DNA of 64,000 nucleotides from Thermodesulfobacteriota bacterium (GCA_049320885.1 JBMORA010000009.1:32001-96000), one strand, 5' to 3'; positions 18,482 through 28,535 are shown, counted from the stretch's first letter. Made by a program: numbers and translations. The notes: a model not told the origin generated them from the sequence alone.

Positions 18482-20062
18482 TCATTCATCCCATCCCTTC
18501 GCCACGGGAGATCCGTGCCGGAAGGAGTGGACGCCCTTGGGTAGGTTTATGAAAAGCCTTTCCTGGCGCGGCAGACATCGGCCCACCTGGTGGGCGGCGG
18601 GCAGTTTTTCCCGCAAGGATTCGAAAACATCCGGCTTGCAGGCAAACAGCAATTCATAGTCCTCGCCCCCGGAAAGCACCGTCGCGAGAGGGTCGGCCTT
18701 GTATTTCCGGCAATAGGAGATCAATTCCGGAGCCATATCCTGACGGGAAAGGCACCATTCGATGGAGATATTCGAGGCTTCGGCGATGTGGCCGGCATCG
18801 CCGCTCAGGCCGTCGCTGATATCGGTAACGCAGGCCACACCGTGGTCGGCCAGAATCTCCGCCGCATCGAAGCGCGGCCGGGGGATTTTGAAGCACCGGA
18901 CCAGCTGGGGAAAATCCGGATCGTTGCGGATCAGCAGGTCCAAGCCGGCCCGGGCCAGGCCCAGGGGGCCGGTACAGTAAAGTCCGTCTCCGGGGAGTGC
19001 TCCCGACCGGCGTGGAAACCCATCCGGCCGGCCTTCGCCGACGGCGAACAAATCCAGGGCCAGGCGATCTCCGGCGGAAATGTTGCCGCCGCCCAAAACG
19101 CATCCATACCGCCGCAGGGCCTGACCGATTCCAGTGTACAGTTCCTCGGCGGTTCTCCCGGAAACATATGGTGCCAGCGTTAAATTGATGAACAGGCCGA
19201 CCGGTTTCGCAAAACAGGCCGCCAGATCGCTCAGGGTAACGGCAACCGCTTTTTGACCGATTTCCCCGGGTGTCTGCCAGTCCAGGCGGAAATGAACCCC
19301 TTCCCGCTGGGTGTCCGTGGTGATCACCGGTGAGCGCAAGGCGGACAACAGGCAGGCGTCATCGCCGGGGGGGATGCGCAAGACGTTGTCATCCGTGGGA
19401 CATCCGGCCGAAGCGAGTTCCAGCAGTTTTCGGATCAGGCCGAATTCATCGCTCCAGGGGGCATCGATTCTGTCCCGGGAGGGGCAGCCGCAGGATGCGG
19501 CCATTTGTCGAACGGAAGCGTTTCCGGCCATCCGGTTGCTTGCGGCGACACCGGCGGCGCCATGGACGAGATATCGGGCCGCCCGTTCCGGATTCATCAC
19601 GCCCGCGATGACCACCGGCAACCGGTACCGCTTGGAAATGGCACCCGGGCTGGCTGCGCCGGTGTCGGAGGATCCGACTTCCAGATAGTCATAGGCCGTA
19701 AGGATGTCCGCTGCGTCTTCCGTTTTTTCCAGCGAATAGCCGACAAGGGCGCCAGGACCCAGCAGGGCACGAATTTCATCCGGATGTTCCGGTTTCGCTT
19801 GCAGATGCACACCGTCGGCCTCCAGGGCTTTCGCCAGCATCACATTGTCCTGAACCACAAACGGAATCCGGTTGCAGCGGCACAGATCCCGAACCGCCAT
19901 ACCTTCCCGCAAGTGGCGGCAGGAACCATCCGGCTGGTTGTACCGGATCATGGTAGCGCCGGCTGTAAGCGCCGCCGCCACCTGCCGAAGCAGGGTCCCG
20001 TGGCCGCCCTCTCCATCGGTGACGTAGATGAAACGCAGGTGGGTGGTGTTTTGAAAGCTCAT
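18482..20062 (-). CDS. thiL: Thiamine-monophosphate kinase ThiL fused to an N-terminal degenerate ThiE (TMP synthase)-like domain
   Basis: C-terminal half has EFGLI, GDDAC, TTD...EGVHF, LSDLAA, DISDGL and GGEDYELLF. N-terminal half is ThiE-like (IYVTD, ADGVHL). Start placed at ATG 20062, just downstream of the HD gene. Confidence 0.88.
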   Translation of the reverse strand: MSFQNTTHLRFIYVTDGEGGHGTLLRQVAAALTAGATMIRYNQPDGSCRHLREGMAVRDLCRCNRIPFVVQDNVMLAKALEADGVHLQAKPEHPDEIRALLGPGALVGYSLEKTEDAADILTAYDYLEVGSSDTGAASPGAISKRYRLPVVIAGVMNPERAARYLVHGAAGVAASNRMAGNASVRQMAASCGCPSRDRIDAPWSDEFGLIRKLLELASAGCPTDDNVLRIPPGDDACLLSALRSPVITTDTQREGVHFRLDWQTPGEIGQKAVAVTLSDLAACFAKPVGLFINLTLAPYVSGRTAEELYTGIGQALRRYGCVLGGGNISAGDRLALDLFAVGEGRPDGFPRRSGALPGDGLYCTGPLGLARAGLDLLIRNDPDFPQLVRCFKIPRPRFDAAEILADHGVACVTDISDGLSGDAGHIAEASNISIEWCLSRQDMAPELISYCRKYKADPLATVLSGGEDYELLFACKPDVFESLREKLPAAHQVGRCLPRQERLFINLPKGVHSFRHGSPVAKGWDE

Positions 20063-20066
20063 GGCG

Positions 20067-20618
20067 CTATCGGTAATCGAAGAATTCCGCCCATTCCTGG
20101 AAACGATCGGCCTTGTCCTGGCCGAAGGGGAGCAACGAGGCGATGACCTGGGCCAGTGTTTTTTCCTCTCCGCCGGAAGCGGAATCCTTGGAATAAAACT
20201 TGTCGGCGAAACAGACGATCTTCTCTTCCAGCGACACCGGCAGCATGTCCCGGGCGGGCAGCGGCAAGCGATACCGCCGGATTTCCTCCGCCGTGATACC
20301 AACGCCCACATGACGTTCACAGACCAGCGCGTGGCGGGGAAAGCCCCGTTTATCCATCTCCAGGCGTCCCAGATAGCCATGGGCCACGTAACGGTGGGCG
20401 CCGTGGCAGCCGATTTTGCTCGCCCGGGTATAGACAATGCCGATATCATGAAGCAAGGCCGCCTCATGGATGAAAGGGATATCCGGCTGCAAATGCCGGA
20501 CCCGTTCCGCGATGGCGACGGCCTTTTCAGCGACCTGCTCACTGTGGCGCACCAGAATGGCATGGGCTTTCGAACCCGGCCGATAATAGTCCTCGATCAA
20601 TTCGTATGGATTCATCAT
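20067..20618 (-). CDS. HD (HDIG)-domain phosphohydrolase
   Basis: HS..VA, ALLHDIG, H..LG, CERHVG and EEKIVCFADKF motifs. Confidence 0.9.
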   Translation of the reverse strand: MMNPYELIEDYYRPGSKAHAILVRHSEQVAEKAVAIAERVRHLQPDIPFIHEAALLHDIGIVYTRASKIGCHGAHRYVAHGYLGRLEMDKRGFPRHALVCERHVGVGITAEEIRRYRLPLPARDMLPVSLEEKIVCFADKFYSKDSASGGEEKTLAQVIASLLPFGQDKADRFQEWAEFFDYR

Positions 20619-20667
20619 CTGTCGAAAGCCGTTACATGGGGCCGGACTGCCGGCCCCTTTGATGGCG

Positions 20668-21766
20668 TTATCTCTTCAGGGAAAGGAGCGCACCCTCGAT
20701 GAACGGGTCGATTCCGCCGTCCAACACCTGGTTGACATTGCCGACTTCCAGATTGATCCGATGATCCTTCACCAGCTGATAGGGATGCAACACATAGGAT
20801 CGGATCTGGCTTCCCCAGGCGATGTCATCCTTGCTGTCATGCAGGGCCTGCATCTTTTTATCCTGTTTTTGCTGCTCGCTCTGATACAGACGGGACCGCA
20901 GTACTTTCATGGCCAAATCCTTGTTGCGATGCTGGGATTTTTCCTGCTGGCATTGCACGACGATACCGGTGGGCAGGTGGGTGATCCTGACGGCGCTGCT
21001 GGTCTTGTTCACGTGCTGTCCGCCGGAGCCGCTGGCCCTGTAAACGTCGATGCGCAGATCCTTTTCTTCTATGTTGACGACGATTTCCTGGTTCAATTCC
21101 GGATAGACAAAAACCGCTGCAAAAGACGTATGGCGTTTCCCGCTGGCGTTGAAAGGGGAAATCCGCACCAGCCGATGCACGCCTGTCTCCATTTTCATAT
21201 ATCCGAACGCATAATCACCGCTCGCGGTGAAGGTCACGCTTTTGATCCCGGCTTCATCGCCGGGTTGCAGGTCGATGAGACTCAGTCCATAGCCTTTGCG
21301 ATCAACCCAGCGCGTGTACATCCGGAACAGCATTTCCGCCCAGTCCTGGGAATCGGTTCCCCCCGCTCCCGCATTGATGGACACAATGGCGTTGCTTTGG
21401 TCATGTTCACCGTCCAGCATCAAATTCAATGAAAACCGCTGAATTTCGCTGGAGATACGCCTCAATTCGGCGCCGACCTCCTGGATCGTTGCGTCATCGG
21501 CTTCCTCCACGGCCAGTTCCAGGAGCATGCCGGCTTCATCCAGGTCCTTGTTGAGCCTGTTCCAGGCCGAAACCTTGGATTCGAGGACGGTACGTTCCTT
21601 CAGGATGTCTTTGGTCTTTTCCGGCTGGTCCCAGAAGCCTTCCCGGGCGGTCATGGCCTCGATTTCCTTCAGCCGTTTTTCCTTGGCAGGCAGGTCAAAG
21701 ACAGCCTTTCAGCTGTTCCAGCTTTTCGGACGATTCTTGTATCATGGTTTTCAGATCGTGTGCCAT
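20668..21766 (-). CDS. prfB: Peptide chain release factor 2, translated via programmed +1 frameshift
   Basis: GGAGG RBS, then ATG 21766 MAHDLKTMIQESSEKLEQLKGCL, CTT-TGA-C at codons 23/24, and the +1 frame continues DLPAKEKR... with SPF and GGQ motifs. Confidence 0.96.
21694..21700 (-). other. prfB +1 frameshift site CTTTGAC
   Basis: Minus strand reads AAAGGCTGT CTT TGA C. It joins the short upstream ORF to the main RF2 frame. Confidence 0.93.
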
Positions 21767-21777
21767 TGGTTCGCCTC

Positions 21778-23337
21778 CTATGGTGTTTGACCTTTTTTTG
21801 TATATCGCCACACGAGAAAAAGCAATACGATAGCCAGACAACCAGCTGCAAAAACATCACCGAAGCGCGAATACACCGTTTTATCCCGGATCAGGGGCAT
21901 TGGTCGGGTCAAGGCGGCGTCTTCAAACAAGGCGGTCGCTGCGGTAATGCGGCCGATCGGATCGATGAAGCCGCTGATCCCGGTATTGGCGGCCCGGGCC
22001 AGGGACCTTCTGTTTTCCACCGCCCGGAAAAGGGCCATGGAAAGATGCTGATAGGGGGCGCCGGTTTTTCCGAACCAGGCATCATTGGTGATATTGATCA
22101 GCAGGTCGGCCTGGTTGTCGGCCATGGAGCGGGAAAGCTCCGGAAAGATGATTTCAAAACAGATCTGAACGCCGAGCCTGTTGCCGGACCAGTGGAGGGT
22201 CGCCCCTTTTTTCCCGCCCCGGAAATCTCCTACCTGGGCCACCAGTTTTCCGAGAAACGGAAACCATTTTTTCAGGGGCACGTATTCACCATATGGAACC
22301 AGATGGACTTTGTCGTATTTCTGGAGGGGCCGGCCGGCGGGATCCATCAGGTAGGCGCTGTTATAATATTCGAGCCGGCCGATCTCCCGTATGAAGGAAG
22401 GGCTCCCGATGAGAAAATACGTTCCGATGTCGCGGATTCCATTCTGAACCAGCCAGGTGAGTTTTGTCGCGTGGGGCGCCAAAAAATAAAACGGCGTCGC
22501 CGTTTCCGGCCACACGATCAAATCCGGTTTTTCCGCTGCCGCCCGGCGGGACAAGGATAGATATTTCCGAACGGTGGCGGCCTGGAAAGCCGGATCCCAT
22601 TTGACCGACTGGTCGATGTTGCCCTGGATCACGCTGATGGTTTTTTGGGCTGCTCCCGCCATCCGGGCCTCCAAGAACCCGATCCGATGATTGCCGTAGG
22701 TCCAGGCGGCGACGGCGGCGGACAGGAAGGCCACGCCCGTGAACACGGCCGTTTTCCGGGCCACGGCGTTTCCCTGCCAATCCCTGCGAAACCAATACAT
22801 GACCAGCAGGAAAAGCGCGGCGTTGGCCATGACGATCAGAAAGGATACACCATATACGCCTGTCAGGTCGGCCAGCTGGATCAGCGGCAGGACCTGATAT
22901 TGGGAATACCCCAGGCATCCCCAGGGGAAACCGCTCAGCAGGTAGGTGCGGATCCATTCAAGCGCCGTCCACAGCGCCGGAATGAAAAAAAGGAATCCTG
23001 CAGTCGGGCGGGGCCAGAACCGGCAACAGAGATAGGCAAACCCGGCCCAATACAGCGCCAGATAGAAACACAATAAGACCAGCAGCGACACGCTGACAAC
23101 GGCGGGCAGCTGGCCGTAGAGGGTCATGGTTCCAACCAGCCAGTACAAGAGCGTCAGATAATGGGAAAGCCCGGCGATCAGGCCCAGGGAGAATCCCCGG
23201 GCCGCTGTAGCCTTGCGAAAGCTGAGCAGCAGCGGAACCAGCGCCAGCCATGCAAGCCCGTAACCGTCCGCCCGGGGGAAAGCCAAGGTGAGGAGGAGTC
23301 CGCTGCCGATTGCCGATAAAACCGCTTTTCGATTCAT
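21778..23337 (-). CDS. lnt: Apolipoprotein N-acyltransferase
   Basis: Multiple TM helices. GFPW, QGNI, WPETA, YDKVHLVPYGEY, ICFEIIF, TNDAWF and RAANTGIS motifs. Start uncertain (up to 23427). Confidence 0.95.
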   Translation of the reverse strand: MNRKAVLSAIGSGLLLTLAFPRADGYGLAWLALVPLLLSFRKATAARGFSLGLIAGLSHYLTLLYWLVGTMTLYGQLPAVVSVSLLVLLCFYLALYWAGFAYLCCRFWPRPTAGFLFFIPALWTALEWIRTYLLSGFPWGCLGYSQYQVLPLIQLADLTGVYGVSFLIVMANAALFLLVMYWFRRDWQGNAVARKTAVFTGVAFLSAAVAAWTYGNHRIGFLEARMAGAAQKTISVIQGNIDQSVKWDPAFQAATVRKYLSLSRRAAAEKPDLIVWPETATPFYFLAPHATKLTWLVQNGIRDIGTYFLIGSPSFIREIGRLEYYNSAYLMDPAGRPLQKYDKVHLVPYGEYVPLKKWFPFLGKLVAQVGDFRGGKKGATLHWSGNRLGVQICFEIIFPELSRSMADNQADLLINITNDAWFGKTGAPYQHLSMALFRAVENRRSLARAANTGISGFIDPIGRITAATALFEDAALTRPMPLIRDKTVYSRFGDVFAAGCLAIVLLFLVWRYTKKGQTP

Positions 23338-23637
23338 GTCTGTACGATACCCGATCCCGCTGGTGAAAATGGCGTCCATGCGCATCCTTCCCATACGGGA
23401 ATGCCGTTTTTTTTGCAAGACCGGCATGGCGGGTCGCTGTGAAATCCATTTGAGTTTTACACCCGGTTATGATATTCTTTTTAAACAATTACCATTCCAA
23501 AGAAAATTCGGTGCACGATATTTGCTCCTGGCATTTCGTTCGTTTCCCAAGACCAGTTGATTCGAATCAGGCACATAACGGTTGACTGGCATTTCCGATA
23601 ATCCATCCGAAAGGAAAAAACAACACGGGGTGAGCTG

Positions 23638-23946
23638 ATGAGTGAGATCTCCAGAAACAGCAGCGGGATTGTCGTCAAACCCGGAAAAGATATTGTGGCC
23701 TCCATGGCAAACGAATTCAGGTCGGAACTCTACAATCTGGTGCAGGAAGGCCCGAAGGAGCTGATCGTCGATCTGGAGGGCGTGGCCATCATCGATTCGG
23801 TGGGCATCGGCGTCATGATCGCGACGCATAACTCCCTGAACAAGGTCGGCGGGAAGCTGAAAATCATCCATGCCGAAAAGAATATCTATGATTTGTTCAG
23901 CACGATGCGGCTCAACCGGCATTTCACGGTGGAAGGCGACGGCTGA
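23638..23946 (+). CDS. STAS-domain anti-sigma-factor antagonist
   Basis: LIVDLEGVAIIDSVGIGVMI with the phosphorylatable Ser. 102 aa. Confidence 0.9.
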   Translation: MSEISRNSSGIVVKPGKDIVASMANEFRSELYNLVQEGPKELIVDLEGVAIIDSVGIGVMIATHNSLNKVGGKLKIIHAEKNIYDLFSTMRLNRHFTVEGDG

Positions 23947-24068
23947 TCAGGTCGGATCGGAGGGGGCCGGGGCCGACGGTTTCCCGCGCAAGTTCGCACC
24001 GGGTAACCGGCAAAAAGAATTTTCGGACGCTCGGCGCAAAACCGGGCATGCCGCCCCGGGCGTCCGTG

Positions 24069-24881
24069 TCAGGAATTGATTACATCGGATTCCTTTGCCT
24101 TTTCCGTCCGGTCTTCCGTTGCGTGTGTTTCTTCGATCAGTTGCATGGCCGGGTCATTGTTGCCGCCGAGCAACAACGGATGGTTGCCCTCCAGCTGCAA
24201 AAATTTGAATTTGGCCAGCTCCATTTCCATATTCATGGCGCGCAGCTTCAATTTATACTGCAGGTAAATCCAGAAAAAGACAACGGAAACGACGATGCCG
24301 GAAACGATGGCGGGTATCCACCAGTAACGGGTCAGCCAAGTCATGGCGACACCACCGGTATATTTTACGATTTCAGGAATATACCAGAAAAGAAAAATGA
24401 CAATGATGGAGAGCAGCATAAACCAGATGATGTTGATCTGGCTCAACCGGTTCAGGGCGGCCACAAATTTTCCCGGGGCTTCGGCCGGTTCGTTCTCGCC
24501 GGGATCCACCGCCTGAAAATAGGCTTTGGTGAGCAGCAGGACCAGAAACGCAATCCCGATGGGCACGCCCACGGAAATGAGAATCCAGGCTTTCCAGGGA
24601 AACGGGATGATCTCCTCGACTTCTTTCACCAGAAGATAGGTCTGTTGGTTCACAACGCTGCCGTAAGTATTGAAGGCCACCCGTTCGTTCGGTTTTAGTT
24701 TTTCCGGATTATGGATATACGTCTGGGCCATTTCCTGGGTAATGGGCGTTTCGGTGCGTTTTACCACATCCTGCTGATAGGCCAGGGTGAGCAGGATGAT
24801 CAACAGTTCAAGGGCGCACACGGCGATGGCGATAATTTTCAATATGCCGTCACGATCCTTGTCATGGATGATTTTTTTCAT
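24069..24881 (-). CDS. Hypothetical integral membrane protein (about 4 TM)
   Basis: AAGGA RBS and four hydrophobic segments. No family recognised. Confidence 0.75.
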   Translation of the reverse strand: MKKIIHDKDRDGILKIIAIAVCALELLIILLTLAYQQDVVKRTETPITQEMAQTYIHNPEKLKPNERVAFNTYGSVVNQQTYLLVKEVEEIIPFPWKAWILISVGVPIGIAFLVLLLTKAYFQAVDPGENEPAEAPGKFVAALNRLSQINIIWFMLLSIIVIFLFWYIPEIVKYTGGVAMTWLTRYWWIPAIVSGIVVSVVFFWIYLQYKLKLRAMNMEMELAKFKFLQLEGNHPLLLGGNNDPAMQLIEETHATEDRTEKAKESDVINS

Positions 24882-24935
24882 GTCGTTCCTTACGCACCGC
24901 TTCTCGCGGCGCAGCTGCTTTTAGGGGCAGGGTTG

Positions 24936-26306
24936 TCATGGTTCCATTTCGGACATGGGGCATTTTACCGGGGAATACGCGGTTGTCAACCGATATTCAT
25001 CCGCATCCAGCTTATCCAATTTCTCCATCAGTTTTTCCGCAAAGATGTCCATATCGAACAGAATGTCCCGGTAACTGTCGAAATAGAGAAATTGTTTGAT
25101 CAGCAAGGTGAATTCCCGGGGAAAACGGATACCGTGCTCTTGACCGATTCTCACGATTTCCAGCAGGAAATCCTCCGGGGCCGGCAAGGTCCCGGGTTCG
25201 CGGACCGGATCCCAATCTTCGGATATATCGGTTGATTGATACAGGGCTTTCAAGTCGTCGGCAAGCCGGACGGTATCGACTTTTTTCTTGGTCATGCCGA
25301 TGGCCGCCATGGCCCGGGCCATCAGCGGAATATCGCCCGTGATCATGGACGTCAACAGGGAGCTGACTCCCTCCCGGGTTCTTCGGGAAATATGGCCGAC
25401 GATTCCGAAGTCGATAAAACCCACGCGTCCGTCCGCGAGGACCAGCAGGTTGCCGGCATGTAAATCGGCATGAAAGAGCCGGCAGGCGGTGACACTGTCC
25501 AGCCAGGTGCTGAAGGCCGCGTTCAGAATAGCGTGGGGCCGATCCGTGGATTCCAACAATTGCTTTCGGTCGGTCACGGGGATGCCGTCGAGGCGCTCCA
25601 GGGTCAGGACGCGCTTTGTGGCGGCATGGGAAAAAATCCGGGGGGTCACCACCGCCGTATTGCCGGTATCCTTCAGGTAGTCCGCAAAAATCTGGATATT
25701 CTCCGCTTCCTTTTTAAAGTCGCATTCTTCCATCACCGTTCGGCGGATTTCCGCGAGAATTCCCGAAAGGGAAGCGTGCTTCAGGCCAGGTACCAGGAAT
25801 TCCAACAAATTAGCCGCAAAAAACAGAAAATTGAGATCCGTTGTCAGGGTCTCCCGGACCCCGGGGCGTTGAATTTTTATCACCGCGTTTTCACCGCTCA
25901 CCAGGCGGGCGGCGTGAACCTGTGCAATGGAGGCGGAGGCCAGGGGGGTGCTGGAAATAAAGGAAAAAATATCCTCCATGTACCGGTTTCCGAGTTCTTT
26001 TTTCAGGATTTTTTTTATCTGCGCAAAGGGTACGGGCTCGGTACGGTCCAGACAGCGTTGAAATTCCTTCACATAGTTTTCAGGGAAAAGGGATGGAGAA
26101 CTGGCGATGAATTGTCCCAGCTTGATATACGTCGCTCCCAGGCGCTCGAAGGCTCTGCGAAGGAGCACCGGTGAAGGCGGCCGGTCCTGAAGAACATAAT
26201 CCAGGCCGGTTTTGACAAGAGCGCCCGCTGTCTGGCGGATTCTTTTGAAACCGTTGATACCCAGGGATACGGCGGATGGAATTTCTTGGTAAAGCTCCTG
26301 AAGCAT
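24936..26306 (-). CDS. ABC1/UbiB/AarF atypical kinase family protein
   Basis: LGATYIKLGQ, PLASASIAQVH, VIKIQRPG, FHADLHAGN and FIDFG motifs. Start uncertain (ATG 26306 or TTG 26324). Confidence 0.92.
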   Translation of the reverse strand: MLQELYQEIPSAVSLGINGFKRIRQTAGALVKTGLDYVLQDRPPSPVLLRRAFERLGATYIKLGQFIASSPSLFPENYVKEFQRCLDRTEPVPFAQIKKILKKELGNRYMEDIFSFISSTPLASASIAQVHAARLVSGENAVIKIQRPGVRETLTTDLNFLFFAANLLEFLVPGLKHASLSGILAEIRRTVMEECDFKKEAENIQIFADYLKDTGNTAVVTPRIFSHAATKRVLTLERLDGIPVTDRKQLLESTDRPHAILNAAFSTWLDSVTACRLFHADLHAGNLLVLADGRVGFIDFGIVGHISRRTREGVSSLLTSMITGDIPLMARAMAAIGMTKKKVDTVRLADDLKALYQSTDISEDWDPVREPGTLPAPEDFLLEIVRIGQEHGIRFPREFTLLIKQFLYFDSYRDILFDMDIFAEKLMEKLDKLDADEYRLTTAYSPVKCPMSEMEP

Positions 26307-26322
26307 TTCAATCCCGGTTGAC

Positions 26323-26356
26323 AAAAAAAAGGAATTGCCGCTATCGGCAATTCCCT
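26323..26356 (-). terminator. Rho-independent terminator-like hairpin with U8 tail
   Basis: GGAATTGCCG-ctat-CGGCAATTCC perfect 10-bp stem. The adjacent A8 on + is a U8 tail on the minus strand. Confidence 0.7.
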
Positions 26357-26418
26357 GATGCTATACATTTTTTATATGTCTTGGCAAGAGGGTTCGACGG
26401 CTGAAACCGTCTGGCCCA

Positions 26419-26841
26419 TCAGTGCAATGTCACCTTTCCGTTGGTTGGATGCAGCAGCCATTCAGCTGTTTCGATGAATTGCGTGAGGGCTTGGTTGAAC
26501 TGACGAAGGCTGTGATGGAGGGCCTGGTGCTCGGCGGCGATTTTGTTCAGGGTCGTTTCGCGTTCCAGAAATTCGGCATAGGCGCGGAGAATGGCCTTGT
26601 CAACGGTGGGCATTTCCCCGAAGGCCACTTCCAGCAAATAATCACCGGTGCCGTGATCAGGATCGTAGGCGCAGCCGGTGACGGTTCCACTGACGGATAT
26701 TTTATCCACATGGGCGGCGACTGGCATGGGGATGTCCCAATTCATGGTGGTGCCAACTCGACATGGTTCCGTCACCCGCAAGATGGCTTCTCTTTCCGTC
26801 AATCGAACGATGGTTTTGTCCATGATGCTTTTCCCGGACAT
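26419..26841 (-). CDS. Hypothetical protein, degenerate PilZ-like barrel plus C-terminal helix
   Basis: ISVSGTVTGC...YLLEVAFGEM...AILRAYAEF resembles PilZ C-terminal strands and helix. RxxxR and D/NxSxxG motifs are absent. Confidence 0.5.
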   Translation of the reverse strand: MSGKSIMDKTIVRLTEREAILRVTEPCRVGTTMNWDIPMPVAAHVDKISVSGTVTGCAYDPDHGTGDYLLEVAFGEMPTVDKAILRAYAEFLERETTLNKIAAEHQALHHSLRQFNQALTQFIETAEWLLHPTNGKVTLH

Positions 26842-26846
26842 TCCGA

Positions 26847-27044
26847 TCAGGTCCGGTTACTCCCTGAATAAGATTCGTTGATAATCCGAACCGCGATTCT
26901 GTCCGGGTCAACCCGATAGGATTGACTCCAGATCATCCGGGTCAGTTCAAGGATTTTATCGGTTTCAGCCGTCGCTTCCGTTCCGGCAGCCGGGTTGTTC
27001 TTTGAAATGCCTTCCCGGTGGCAAAGATTCAAGCCCTGGTCCAT
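26847..27044 (-). CDS. Small FlgM (anti-sigma-28) C-terminal-like protein, 65 aa
   Basis: CAGGAGG RBS before ATG 27044. DKILELTRMIWSQSYRVDPDRIAVRII resembles the FlgM C-terminal pattern (kv..ik..I..G.Y.vd.e.IA.ki). Confidence 0.55.
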   Translation of the reverse strand: MDQGLNLCHREGISKNNPAAGTEATAETDKILELTRMIWSQSYRVDPDRIAVRIINESYSGSNRT

Positions 27045-27242
27045 TTTTCCTCCTGCACCATGTGCCGGCGACGTTGCCGGCATTTGACAAGGTTGCCCTC
27101 TTGGTGAATCGTGTGCGAACAATGTTTGCATACTCGATTATCGTATGCGTGTCAAACAAAATCCATGTAACAAATGAAAGGTCGCCCATAAATTACAGCC
27201 CGGGCGCTACAAAAGTATTGACCGGATCCAAGCCGGCTGGAT

Positions 27243-28535
27243 ATGACCAAGTTGCCAGGGAATCAAGAAAGGAATCGGATCATCGCAAAGATACTTGCCA
27301 TGGGGATTGCATGCTTTTTCGTCTGGATACCGGTCATGGCGGCCCAGGCGCTGGAATACCGTTTGGGCGGGGAAATTTACAACCGGTTTTATCAGGATGA
27401 CCATTTCTGGGACAGCGGGAACCGTGAATTCAACCGCCGCGAGGTGTATAATATCGTTACGGCAGCGCCCAGTCTGAGCCTCGCTGCCGGAAAAATGCTG
27501 ACCGGATATCTGCAGGCGGACATGGAGTGGACTCATTTTTTCGACCCGGAGCCGGAGGATGTGCTGGAACTCCGGCTTACAAACGCCTATGCGAATTTGT
27601 CCATGGGCAACTTCCTGGTTTCCGCCGGCAAGATGTTCCTCCAGCTCGGCAAGGGGCTGCTGATCGCCAACGAAGAACCGACCGTCATCCTGCAGTACGA
27701 AGCCGCCCGGAAGTATTATCTGAACATTACCGCCGCCCAGGTATTGACCTCATCACCCATGGCCGCCCTCACTCTTGGATACCGCCCGGGATTTTTGGAA
27801 AAAATCGAATGTTTCGGGGTTTTTTTCCAGGACCGGGACGACGGTTTTGCGGAAATGCTCAATAATACCTTATGGTTTGACGGGTTGAGGAGCGAAGGTG
27901 GGATTTGCTGGCTGGGCTTGAACCTGGATTTCTTTGTCAGCGATCTGGTGGTTTCCGGTGTGGCCATGCTGGAAAAGGGCAAGCTGGATGTGACCAGCGG
28001 CGTGCGAAAGGCGTCTTTCGATATATCCGCATATCTGCTGGATATGAGCCTGGATTATAACGTCACCGATCGGATATCGGCCGGGGTGTTTTTTTTTCTG
28101 GCCAGCGGTGACAACCGACTGCGGGAGGAAGAGGTGACCGCTTTCGTATCCCCCCTGCCCTTCAATCCCCGGGGGGCGATTTTTTTTGACCCGGGATTTG
28201 TGGCTCTGGATTTGGATCAGGAGGAGATCTTGTGGCCGGGCGGCGTGACCATGGCCGGGGCCGTCGTCCCCGGAGCCCGGCTGAGCCTGCAGCTCCTGGA
28301 ACCGCTTTCCGTTGACTGGATGGTGGCGACCTATTACCCGGAACAGAAACCAGCGCGCGATCGGGACTGGTATGGCTGGGAAACGGACCTGCTGTTGACC
28401 TATCGGTGGAGTGATTCCAAACGCTTGTTTTTCGAGGCGGACTGGTTCAGCCATGGAAATTATTTCAGACGTCTGGAGGACGAAATTCCGGAAACGGCCA
28501 CCAGAATCCTGGCCGGTTTCCATCTGGTTTTTTAA
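27243..28535 (+). CDS. Outer-membrane beta-barrel protein (alginate-export-like)
   Basis: Signal peptide ending AQA (start may be 27300), amphipathic beta strands, ASGD and GWETDL motifs, and C-terminal Phe (FHLVF). Confidence 0.75.
   Translation: MTKLPGNQERNRIIAKILAMGIACFFVWIPVMAAQALEYRLGGEIYNRFYQDDHFWDSGNREFNRREVYNIVTAAPSLSLAAGKMLTGYLQADMEWTHFFDPEPEDVLELRLTNAYANLSMGNFLVSAGKMFLQLGKGLLIANEEPTVILQYEAARKYYLNITAAQVLTSSPMAALTLGYRPGFLEKIECFGVFFQDRDDGFAEMLNNTLWFDGLRSEGGICWLGLNLDFFVSDLVVSGVAMLEKGKLDVTSGVRKASFDISAYLLDMSLDYNVTDRISAGVFFFLASGDNRLREEEVTAFVSPLPFNPRGAIFFDPGFVALDLDQEEILWPGGVTMAGAVVPGARLSLQLLEPLSVDWMVATYYPEQKPARDRDWYGWETDLLLTYRWSDSKRLFFEADWFSHGNYFRRLEDEIPETATRILAGFHLVF

Noticed and set aside
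20063..20563. N-terminal 167-aa extension of the 693-aa ThiE/ThiL ORF
   Set aside because: It overlaps the HD-domain gene in another frame on the same strand and looks non-protein-like. The real start is most likely ATG 20062.
23576..23601. Sigma-28-like promoter (TAACGGTT-N10-TCCGATAA) upstream of the STAS gene
   Set aside because: Spacing is one base short and both boxes have mismatches, so it is too weak to call.
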